Position numbers and translations under genes: made by a program. From an uncultured Alphaproteobacteria bacterium (GTDB taxonomy: Bacteria; Pseudomonadota; Alphaproteobacteria; CAAHEQ01; UBA3637): a stretch of DNA of 64,000 nt. The notes below the pieces were generated by a model that was not told where the DNA came from, searched no databases, and saw nothing but the letters and a program-made list of their open reading frames with translations. The stretch covers positions 33,646 through 97,645 of the forward strand of contig CALXZG010000002.1 in assembly GCA_944393195.1 (NCBI GenBank), read 5' to 3'. Shown one piece after another: positions 19,234 to 27,492 of the stretch. How positions within the stretch are numbered: position 1 is the first letter of the stretch; the number at the start of each line of letters is the position of its first letter.

Positions 19234-20574
19234 ATGGAAAATCAGGCAGAAATTGTTTTATCCGTCACCGAAATTTCGTTAGCTTTAAAAGGGTGTGTGG
19301 AACAGGTTTTTGGCCATGTGAAAGTCCGTGGGGAAATTTCCGGCCTGAAAAAAGCGGCTTCCGGCCATACCTATTTTTCTTTAAAAGATAACGATTCCGT
19401 TTTGTCGGCTGTGTGTTGGCGGGGACGAAACGAAGCAACTCGCGCCGCGTTACAAGAGGGTTTGGAAGTCGTTTGTACGGGGAAACTATCCACTTATCCG
19501 GGGCGTTCCAATTATCAAATGATTGTTGAAACGGTTGAGCCGGCGGGGGAGGGTGCCCTTTTAAAATTACTGAAAGAACGAAAAGAAAAGCTTGAAAAGG
19601 AAGGCCTTTTTGATCCGTCACGTAAGAAAAAAATCCCCTACTTACCGGATGTAATCGGTGTTGTGACAAGCCCGTCCGGCGCCGTTATTCGGGATATTAT
19701 GCACCGCTTGCGGGATCGTTTTCCGCGCCCGGTTTTGTTATGGCCTGTTTTGGTTCAAGGTGAGGGGGCTGCCGAACAAATTGCAAAAGCTATTCAAGGA
19801 TTTAATACTATTCCCCCGACTGGTTTGATGACACCGAACGGCCTTGTTCCCCGACCGGATGTTTTGATTGTGGCGCGTGGTGGCGGTAGTTTGGAAGACT
19901 TGTGGTGCTTTAACGAAGAAATCGTTGTTCGGGCGGCGGCGGCTTCCGATATTCCGCTGATTTCGGCTGTCGGTCATGAAACGGATACAACATTAATTGA
20001 TTATGTTGCGGATTTACGGGCGCCGACACCAACCGGTGCGGCCGAAAAAGCTGTTCCGGTGCGCAGTGAATTACAAATTCAATTACAAAATGCTCAAAAT
20101 CGGTTGATGGATGCGACATATCGTCTGTGTGAAGAACAAGCTGTTCGATTGGATGCTTTAAAACGATCTCTTCCGAATTTATCTGAAATAATTGAAGGAT
20201 TTATTCAAAAATTAGATGACAGATCCGAACGGTTGGATCAGGCTTTTGATGTTTGTATTCGCTTGATTCAAAATAAATTAGAAACAGCGTCTAAGTTATT
20301 GAAATCATATTCATATCACTCTGTTTTGGAACGTGGATTTACCCTTGTTTCAGGGCCGTCAGGTCAAATTATCGGGCAATCGCGCGTTGCAGGGGCGGAA
20401 AAATGGTTGCAAATTGCTTTTGCGGATGGTAAAATAACGGTTGTTCCCAGGGGGCGTGTGGAACAAAAAGATTGTTTAAGTTCAATGGGTTTTGATGGGA
20501 AAAACGTTGTTAAAAAGAAAAAAGAAATCCCAAATACACAACCGGATTTATTTTTCAATTCAGACAAGGAGTAA
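19234..20574 (+). CDS. xseA: exodeoxyribonuclease VII large subunit
   Basis: 446 aa. N-terminal OB fold (VRGEISG...SGHTYFSLKD) and the catalytic core ARGGGS..DLW.FN. Confidence 0.9.
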   Translation: MENQAEIVLSVTEISLALKGCVEQVFGHVKVRGEISGLKKAASGHTYFSLKDNDSVLSAVCWRGRNEATRAALQEGLEVVCTGKLSTYPGRSNYQMIVETVEPAGEGALLKLLKERKEKLEKEGLFDPSRKKKIPYLPDVIGVVTSPSGAVIRDIMHRLRDRFPRPVLLWPVLVQGEGAAEQIAKAIQGFNTIPPTGLMTPNGLVPRPDVLIVARGGGSLEDLWCFNEEIVVRAAAASDIPLISAVGHETDTTLIDYVADLRAPTPTGAAEKAVPVRSELQIQLQNAQNRLMDATYRLCEEQAVRLDALKRSLPNLSEIIEGFIQKLDDRSERLDQAFDVCIRLIQNKLETASKLLKSYSYHSVLERGFTLVSGPSGQIIGQSRVAGAEKWLQIAFADGKITVVPRGRVEQKDCLSSMGFDGKNVVKKKKEIPNTQPDLFFNSDKE

Positions 20575-20656
20575 TTACATTGAAATTACAAAATACATTA
20601 AATAATTACAAAGTAATTACATTTTTAACACAGAATTGTAATTACAAAGTTATTAC
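20572..20656 (+). promoter_or_regulatory. second array of three TAATTAC-N4-(T/A)A(A/T)TTAC boxes
   Basis: Pairs at 20572/20583, 20603/20614 and 20639/20650, with the same 7+4+7 architecture as 8120-8197. The array lies directly upstream of, or overlapping, the annotated start of the M23 peptidase gene. Confidence 0.5.
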
Positions 20657-21509
20657 AGCGCGATGTTTTATATATACATTGTGCTTACTTTTTTTATTGT
20701 TCATACATTTACCTGTGCGGGCCTTTGAATTATTGACACCGGTTCGGGAAGGACAGCTTGTCTATGGGCGGTTGGCACCAGATGAGCGGTTGTACGTGGA
20801 CGGTCAATTGTTGCACAATGGTGAACAATCGGACAGGTATCAGATTCCCGTGAATGAGGATGGTTTATTTGTTTTAGGTATTCCGCAAGATGCAGCACAG
20901 CATTTGACAGTTTTTTTGGAAAACAAACAAGGTATTGTCCCAAAACACATAGCGGTTGATCGGGTTCATTGGAAAGAAGATATTGTCAATGGGTTACCGG
21001 CAGGCAAAGTATCCCCGGATACGAAAGCACAAAAGCGTATCGTGGATGAAGCGTTGTTATTACAGAAAGCGCGTCAATCATCCGACGGGGCCTTTTTTCC
21101 GGAAACGTGGATTCTTCCTGTTGCACAATATACCAGAATATCAAGTCCTTTTGGATCTCGGCGGGTATTAAACGGGACTAAAAAAGCGGGACATAGCGGT
21201 ACGGATTTTGCAGCACCGACGGGAACGGCGGTGGTTGCTCCGGCCGACGGTCGGGTAAAGGTGGTTCATCCGGATATGTTTTATACCGGTAAGACAATTT
21301 TAATTGACCACGGACAAGGTGTTTTTTCCAGCTATTCTCATTTGAGTGAGATTAACGTTACTGAAAATCAAGTTGTTAAGCAGGGGGATGTTATTGGTGC
21401 CGTGGGGATGACGGGGCGATCGACCGGACCGCATTTACATTTTGCCGTGACGTGGTTTGGGGTGCGGGTTAATCCGGAATTTTTGTTTGAAGATGCATTG
21501 AAAAAGTAA
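20580..21509 (+). CDS. M23-family metallopeptidase (LytM/EnvC-like), secreted
   Basis: Contains HSGTDFAAP, SYSHLS and GPHLHF motifs. The true start is probably internal (for example TTG at 20679, giving the signal peptide CLLFLLFIHLPVRA), because the first about 30 codons are the AATTAC array. Confidence 0.85.
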   Translation: MKLQNTLNNYKVITFLTQNCNYKVITARCFIYTLCLLFLLFIHLPVRAFELLTPVREGQLVYGRLAPDERLYVDGQLLHNGEQSDRYQIPVNEDGLFVLGIPQDAAQHLTVFLENKQGIVPKHIAVDRVHWKEDIVNGLPAGKVSPDTKAQKRIVDEALLLQKARQSSDGAFFPETWILPVAQYTRISSPFGSRRVLNGTKKAGHSGTDFAAPTGTAVVAPADGRVKVVHPDMFYTGKTILIDHGQGVFSSYSHLSEINVTENQVVKQGDVIGAVGMTGRSTGPHLHFAVTWFGVRVNPEFLFEDALKK

Positions 21510-21528
21510 TCGTCAGACTTTTATATCA

Positions 21529-21551
21529 CCCGCCCGATCGGGCGGGTTTTA
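21529..21551 (+). terminator. rho-independent terminator of the M23 peptidase gene
   Basis: Palindrome CCCGCCCGATCGGGCGGG followed by TTTT. Confidence 0.65.
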
Positions 21552-21731
21552 TTGTTATTGATACGATCGTGAAAAAAACAGTATTTATTTTTGTTTTATT
21601 TTCAAATAGATATTTTTTTTGTGTCACAAGACAGAAAAAAGAATTCCCAGTATAAAACGTATATAAGTGTTACATATTAAAATGTAACAGTAATTTTGGA
21701 AAGATGTTGTTTTTCAATATGTTATTTAACG

Positions 21732-21899
21732 AGTGTAACAATTTAATGTTCCTTTTTTTGTTATACTTTTTGCACCTTACACGACTTTTAACTAAATGAA
21801 CAGGAACCCTTTATAATATAAATATTTTCTTCTTGCTTTACCTTTCTTTTTGTGATACATAATTTTATAACATTTTAAGGAACATTAAATTGTTACACT
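21732..21899. repeat. perfect 23-bp inverted repeats (21732-21754 and 21877-21899) flanking a 122-bp AT-rich segment; part of the gene-less copy of the pilin-family 5' module
   Basis: agtgtaacaatttaatgttcctt and aaggaacattaaattgttacact are exact reverse complements. The enclosed segment is homologous to 51436-51533, which is upstream of gene 51585. Confidence 0.85.
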
Positions 21900-22050
21900 T
21901 CATTTGACATCTGTTTGATTAATAATCTATATGTGAAGTGCCCCAAAATCGGAAAAAAGTAAAATAGGGACAGATTCGCGGATTAATGCCGTGATACCGT
22001 TTTTATTGTATGGCGATATGTAAAAAAATCCCCGCGCCGGCGGGGATAAT
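21900..22050 (-). promoter_or_regulatory. conserved 5' module of the pilin-like family (orphan copy, minus orientation)
   Basis: The reverse complement aligns with 58183-58312 and with the reverse complement of 42392-42505 (tttttacatatcgcc ... atcaaacagatgtcaaatgaa). It is preceded by the hairpin terminator of ORF 22085-22480. Confidence 0.7.
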
Positions 22051-22084
22051 GTAAAAGAGAAAAGATAACGGGGATGTAAAAGGG

Positions 22085-22480
22085 TTATTCGCTTTTTTCG
22101 CGTTGTATTTCCCGGTTTAATTTTTCCCGATAATAATGTCGATATAAAACATGCCCGGCGATCGCCTCCCGAACATTAGATACTGTTCCGACCAAAGCAG
22201 CCAGACCGAATAACCCGCTAACCGCAATCAACGCCGTTGCCGTATCCGAATCGATTTCTTTTTGGCGGTGTTTCGCGGCCGCATTGGTGGCAACCATGAC
22301 AGACGCCGCCAAAATCCCCGAAAACACAAAAGCCGCTACGCCGGGGACAAGAGAATATGTCCGATAAAACTTTGTCCAATAGGCGATTGATGTATCACTC
22401 TTCCGCGGAATACGGGGCAAAGTTTCTTGTTCTTTATCGTTTAATATCAAAGATGTAATCAGGTTTTTGGATGAACTCAT
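22085..22480 (-). CDS. hypothetical two-helix membrane protein
   Basis: 131-aa ORF with two hydrophobic segments. A terminator hairpin (TCCCCGCCGGCGCGGGGA plus a T-run) lies downstream. Confidence 0.5.
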   Translation of the reverse strand: MSSSKNLITSLILNDKEQETLPRIPRKSDTSIAYWTKFYRTYSLVPGVAAFVFSGILAASVMVATNAAAKHRQKEIDSDTATALIAVSGLFGLAALVGTVSNVREAIAGHVLYRHYYREKLNREIQREKSE

Positions 22481-22634
22481 ATCATATCCTTTGGTTGATT
22501 TGTGACATCAGTATATGCTTTTATTTTTCTTTTGTCAATAAATTTCGTAAAATGTGCATCGGGGTGCAGAAAAACCTTGCCAAGGGAGATGTTTTAGGAT
22601 AGAATGCATACAATTTAACAGGAAAGCAGGCAAG

Positions 22635-25600
22635 ATGACGGAACCCGAGTTTATTCATTTACGTGTCCATACGGAGCATTCTTTATTAGAAGGGGCTATT
22701 AAAACGGCCAAGTTAGTAGCTTGGGCGGCGGAACAACAAATGCCGGCGATCGGTATTGCCGACAGCGGGAATATTTTCGGGGCTATGTTGTTGGCCAAAG
22801 AGGCGTCGCATGCAGGGGTACAACCGATTTTGGGGTGTCAGTTGTTAATTCGGTCACCGAACCGGGAATCTCAGGCTTTTTCGGTTGAAAAACCAACGTA
22901 TGACAAAGTTGTCTTAATTGTGCAAAATGAACAGGGGTATCAAAATTTACTGCTCCATTTTTCGGAATATTATATGGGTGCGGACAAACAGGATACACCT
23001 CATTTAACTTTTGATGAATTGTTGACGAAAACGGAAGGGCTTCTTATCCTGACCGGTGGGATTGAAGGCATTCTGGGGCGACCGGTGTTAAGCGGTCATG
23101 CGGATTTTGCGGCGGAATTGTTGCAACGGTTACAGGCGGCTTATCCGGGACGGGTATATATGGAACTGCAACGGCATGGATTGGCGGCGGAAGCGCAGGC
23201 TGAGCCGGCTTTTTTAGAGATGGCGTATCGGTTGAATGTGCCTTTGGTCGCGACGAATGAGGCTTTTTTCAAGACGCCGGATATGTATGAGGCGCATGAT
23301 GCCATGTTATGCATTGCAGAAAAGACGTTTGTCACGGAACAAAACCGACGGCGGGTAACACCGGAACATTATTTAAAAACGGCGGCGGAGATGAAGGCTT
23401 TATTTGCCGATCTGCCGGAGGCTTTACAAAATACGGTTCAGATTGCAAAACGGTGTTATTTCATGGCGGTGAAGAAAAAGCCGGCGTTCCCGAACTATGA
23501 TTGTCACGGCAAGACGGAAGATGAAGTTTTGCGGGAAATGGCCGAACGGGGCTTTGAAATGCGGATGGCCGGTCGGTCGGAGGAGGATCGACACAAATAT
23601 CGGGAACGCATGGAGTATGAACTTGGCATTATCAAGCAGATGGGCTTCCCGGGGTACTTTTTAATCGTGGCGGATTTTATTCAATGGTCAAAGGCGCATG
23701 GGGTACCGGTGGGGCCCGGCCGTGGATCGGGGGCCGGATCGGTTGTCGCGTGGTGTTTAACGATTACGGATATTGATCCGTTGCGGTTTAATTTGTTGTT
23801 TGAACGGTTTTTAAATCCGGAACGGGTATCTATGCCGGACTTTGACGTTGATTTTTGTCAGGAAAACCGCCAAAAGACGATTGAATATGTTCAAAATCAT
23901 TACGGATTTGACCATGTGGCGCAAATTATTACGTTTGGTAAGTTGCAGGCCAAAGCGGTCATTCGGGATGTCGGGCGGGTCTTACAGATTCCGTATCCGG
24001 TTGTGGATCAGTTATCAAAGTTGGTACCGAACACGTTGGGAATCACCCTTAAAGAAGCATTAGAGCAAGAGCCGGAGTTTGAAAAGGAAGCGGCATCGGA
24101 CGAATCGATTAAAGTCCTATTGGAAATTGCGTTAAAGTTAGAGGGGCTCTATCGCAATTCATCGACACATGCGGCGGGCGTTGTGATCGGGAACAAGCCT
24201 TTGGATCAAATCGTACCGATTTACAAAGATCCGTCGTCGGACATGCCTGTCACGCAATACAACATGAAATTTGTTGAGGATGCGAGTCTGATCAAGTTTG
24301 ACTTTTTGGGATTAAAAACACTGACGACGATTGCAAAGACGGTTGAACTCATTCAAAAGCGGGGAATTACGGTCGATGCGGGCAATCTGCCTTTGGATGA
24401 TGAGGAAACTTTTGCGCTGTTAAAATCGGCAAATACGACGGGTGTGTTTCAATTGGAATCGACGGGGATGAAAAAGATTCTGCATGACATGCAGCCGGAT
24501 AAGATTGAAGATATTGTGGCGTTGGTTTCGTTGTATCGACCGGGGCCGATGGACAGTATTCCAAGCTATATTGCACGCAAGAAGGGGCTTGAAAAGCCGG
24601 ACTATATGCATCCGAGTTTGGAACCGATTTTAAAAGAAACTTACGGGATCATGATTTACCAAGAGCAGGTGATGCAGATTTCTCAGGTCATGGCGGGATA
24701 TACGCTGGGCGGTGCGGATTTGCTGCGGCGGGCGATGGGTAAAAAAATCAAGGAAGAAATGGTTCGGCAGCGGGGGATTTTTATCGACGGGGCCATTAAA
24801 AAGGGTATTGACAAGGCGACCGCCGAGCTTGTGTTTGATAAGATGGCGAAATTTGCCGAATACGGGTTTAACAAATCGCACGCGGCGGCGTATGCGTACG
24901 TGGCGTATCAAACGGCTTATTTAAAGGCACATTATCCGGTTGAATTTATGGCAGCAACGATGACGTTGGATAAAATCAATACGGACAAGCTGGCTTTTTT
25001 CCGGAATGATTTACAAAAAATGAAAATTGCGGTGTTACCGCCGGATGTCAATAAGTCCGAAGTCAACTTCACGGTTGAAAACGGTGCGGTACGGTATGCT
25101 TTGTCGGCGATTAAAAATGTCGGGGAAGCCGGGATGCAGGCAATTGTGGCGGAACGGAACAAAAACGGTCCGTTTAAATCGATTGAAGATTTTGCGCGTC
25201 GGGTGGATATATCGGCTTTGAATAAACGATACTTGGAAAACATGGCCAAAGCGGGGGCTTTTGAATGTTTGGATAAGAATCGGGCTAAAATTCATGACAA
25301 TGTGGAAAAAATCATGGCTTTTGCGGCACAGGCGACAGAGGCGCGGACAAGTGCGCAAATCGGGTTGTTCGGGGCGGATCCGGCTGTCACACGGTTAAAA
25401 TTGGATGAGGTGCCGGATTGGCCGCATGTCGAAAAGTTGGAACATGAAGCAACCGCTTTGGGATTTTATTTGTCGGCGCATCCGTTGGATACGTATGATG
25501 CGGTTTTTGACCGGTTGCGGGTTGTTTCTTCCGGTGATGTAGCGGGAATGGTTAAGACGGCCGGTGCGGTACGTGTTCAGATGGCGGGTATTGTATCGGG

Positions 25601-26054
25601 TGTGCGGGAACGTATCAGTCAAAAGGGAAACAAGTTTGCTTTTGTATCGGCAAGTGATAAAGCCGGCGGATTTGAAATGATGTGTTTTGCGGATACCTTG
25701 GCGGTTGTTCGGGATAAATTAAAATCGGGCCAACCGTTATTGTTGAGTGTGACGGCGGACAAACGACCGGACGATGATGAAAATATTCGGATGACGTTAC
25801 AAAGTGCCGAGTATTTATCGGATGTGATGGCAAAAACGGCGTCGACTTTATTGATTTCCGTCAATCAACCGGCGGCGGTAACGGCGGTGCAACAATTATT
25901 GGAGCGGGATCCGGCCGGAAAAAGTCGCGTTTTCATCTTGGTACGCGCCAAGGGGCATGAAGTGGAAATCTCTCTGCCAAAACGGTACAGTTTGAACAGC
26001 GAAACGATGAATGATTTGCAACGTCTGAGCGGTGTTGAATATCGGCAGGTTTAA
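22635..26054 (+). CDS. dnaE: DNA polymerase III alpha subunit
   Basis: Start at the ATG at 22635. Contains a PHP domain (FIHLRVHTEHSLLEGA), the palm motif PDFDVDF and an OB fold at the C-terminus. Confidence 0.97.
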   Translation: MTEPEFIHLRVHTEHSLLEGAIKTAKLVAWAAEQQMPAIGIADSGNIFGAMLLAKEASHAGVQPILGCQLLIRSPNRESQAFSVEKPTYDKVVLIVQNEQGYQNLLLHFSEYYMGADKQDTPHLTFDELLTKTEGLLILTGGIEGILGRPVLSGHADFAAELLQRLQAAYPGRVYMELQRHGLAAEAQAEPAFLEMAYRLNVPLVATNEAFFKTPDMYEAHDAMLCIAEKTFVTEQNRRRVTPEHYLKTAAEMKALFADLPEALQNTVQIAKRCYFMAVKKKPAFPNYDCHGKTEDEVLREMAERGFEMRMAGRSEEDRHKYRERMEYELGIIKQMGFPGYFLIVADFIQWSKAHGVPVGPGRGSGAGSVVAWCLTITDIDPLRFNLLFERFLNPERVSMPDFDVDFCQENRQKTIEYVQNHYGFDHVAQIITFGKLQAKAVIRDVGRVLQIPYPVVDQLSKLVPNTLGITLKEALEQEPEFEKEAASDESIKVLLEIALKLEGLYRNSSTHAAGVVIGNKPLDQIVPIYKDPSSDMPVTQYNMKFVEDASLIKFDFLGLKTLTTIAKTVELIQKRGITVDAGNLPLDDEETFALLKSANTTGVFQLESTGMKKILHDMQPDKIEDIVALVSLYRPGPMDSIPSYIARKKGLEKPDYMHPSLEPILKETYGIMIYQEQVMQISQVMAGYTLGGADLLRRAMGKKIKEEMVRQRGIFIDGAIKKGIDKATAELVFDKMAKFAEYGFNKSHAAAYAYVAYQTAYLKAHYPVEFMAATMTLDKINTDKLAFFRNDLQKMKIAVLPPDVNKSEVNFTVENGAVRYALSAIKNVGEAGMQAIVAERNKNGPFKSIEDFARRVDISALNKRYLENMAKAGAFECLDKNRAKIHDNVEKIMAFAAQATEARTSAQIGLFGADPAVTRLKLDEVPDWPHVEKLEHEATALGFYLSAHPLDTYDAVFDRLRVVSSGDVAGMVKTAGAVRVQMAGIVSGVRERISQKGNKFAFVSASDKAGGFEMMCFADTLAVVRDKLKSGQPLLLSVTADKRPDDDENIRMTLQSAEYLSDVMAKTASTLLISVNQPAAVTAVQQLLERDPAGKSRVFILVRAKGHEVEISLPKRYSLNSETMNDLQRLSGVEYRQV

Positions 26055-26094
26055 CCGGTGATGTTTTTTTTCGAAGAAGAGTGGCTGATTTCCG

Positions 26095-27483
26095 GTGGTT
26101 AAAAGGATGTTTTATTTTTTTTCTTGTCTTTTTCGGAAAATAGGATATACTAAAATTATGTCCACTATTTTTAAAAAGGTTTCACATATGATGCATAAAA
26201 CGGCTTGTCAAAATGGGATGGCGGCGGGTTCCCGTCATTTATTTAATCGAAAAGAGCGGTGCGGCAAGGTATTTTTTACCAATCGGGATGCTATGCCGGT
26301 GGCTTTTGTTCAAGTTTCCCTGCGTGATTTAAAGGGTGGGCCGGCATGTTTGCCGGTGCCAGCTTCCGTTGTTCGGTCGTATATGATGAAACTGGCGCAA
26401 AACGGGGCTTTGACGGAAGCGGGATTTTTACCGAGTGAGGTTGAAGCGGCGCGGTGTCGCGGAATTGTCCCGACCGGGTATCAGGTGGAACAAATTGTGC
26501 CGATGGGGTGTGGCGCTCGGCCGACATTGAATAATATTTGTTTAATGGAGTCGGGGTTACAGACGTATTTGACACGTCATTTATGGCGATTGTTACATCG
26601 GGATTTAGTGGCGGAAAAGGCCGCCTGTGAGAAAAAAGGCCGACCGTATGAGCAAATTTCCGTCGGATTATCGGGATTTCGGGCGGTGATGCGGGTCACG
26701 GATTGGACGCGGGTATTGGATAAGCCTTTGTTACGGCGGGCGCGGTTAGTGGAAGAGCGGTTAAAGGTACAACAATTAAAAGCAATGCCTTTGGCGGTTG
26801 TGGCAACGGCCGACGGGGTTTTGTTGGCGCATCCGGCTTTTATGTCCATGAATGCCCAAGACGGATATCTGAAAAATGCGACGGGAATGGTTCCGGCGGT
26901 TGTGAATGTTCGCTTGGCTTCGGCGCATGAGCGGCAAGCGATTAAAGCGGAATACGGACAGGTTCGGCGGGATATTATTCGGGCTTTCGCCGCGCGGGGA
27001 CAACTGCCGGAAATTCGGCCGAATAAACAACGGGTTATTGCCCAAACAGGGTGGTTGCCGGATCGGTATCCGTACACATGTCATCACATTGTACCGCGGG
27101 CTTTGGGCGGTAGCAATGAAGCGGGAAATGTGTGTTGGTTGCCGGCGGCGGAGCATGCGGATTTACATGTCATTGTCAACAAATATCAGCACGAATTAAA
27201 AACGCGGTATGCCGATTTGGCAACACGGGGGCTGGCTTATTTGGTGTTACCGATTCCGGCTTCATTCCAAGGGCCACAATTGCGGATCATATCGCCGGTG
27301 GATCAGCGGTTGGTTTCAATTGCGGAATTGGCAGATGCGGTTTTTGCCTGTCATCCGGCGGTTAATATCCGAAAGAAGAAAGGACACTTTGCGTCTCAGG
27401 CGGTTAAACGGCGGTTATTGGTGGCCAAATATCAACGTCGTGTTCGGCGGGGCGGTATGGATGTATCGCGTGTTCATATATAG
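26095..27483 (+). CDS. basic protein with two HNH-like units (one intact HNH motif)
   Basis: The start is uncertain (ATG at 26158 or 26188 is possible). The intact motif YPYTCHHIVPRALGGSNEAGNVCWLPAAEHADLH lies at about 27067-27168. An earlier unit (VPTGYQVEQIVPMGCG...) has lost the His residues. The protein is Arg-rich. Confidence 0.65.
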   Translation: MVKRMFYFFSCLFRKIGYTKIMSTIFKKVSHMMHKTACQNGMAAGSRHLFNRKERCGKVFFTNRDAMPVAFVQVSLRDLKGGPACLPVPASVVRSYMMKLAQNGALTEAGFLPSEVEAARCRGIVPTGYQVEQIVPMGCGARPTLNNICLMESGLQTYLTRHLWRLLHRDLVAEKAACEKKGRPYEQISVGLSGFRAVMRVTDWTRVLDKPLLRRARLVEERLKVQQLKAMPLAVVATADGVLLAHPAFMSMNAQDGYLKNATGMVPAVVNVRLASAHERQAIKAEYGQVRRDIIRAFAARGQLPEIRPNKQRVIAQTGWLPDRYPYTCHHIVPRALGGSNEAGNVCWLPAAEHADLHVIVNKYQHELKTRYADLATRGLAYLVLPIPASFQGPQLRIISPVDQRLVSIAELADAVFACHPAVNIRKKKGHFASQAVKRRLLVAKYQRRVRRGGMDVSRVHI

Positions 27484-27492
27484 GAGGGGCAC

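Noticed and set aside
22783-25864. Many 60-107 aa ORFs inside and antisense to dnaE, with similar sets inside rho, ffh, thrS, the sensor kinase gene, the substrate-binding protein gene and others
   Set aside because: They are fully nested in long, well-supported genes and encode low-complexity R/P/H-rich translations typical of off-frame reading of GC-biased coding DNA.
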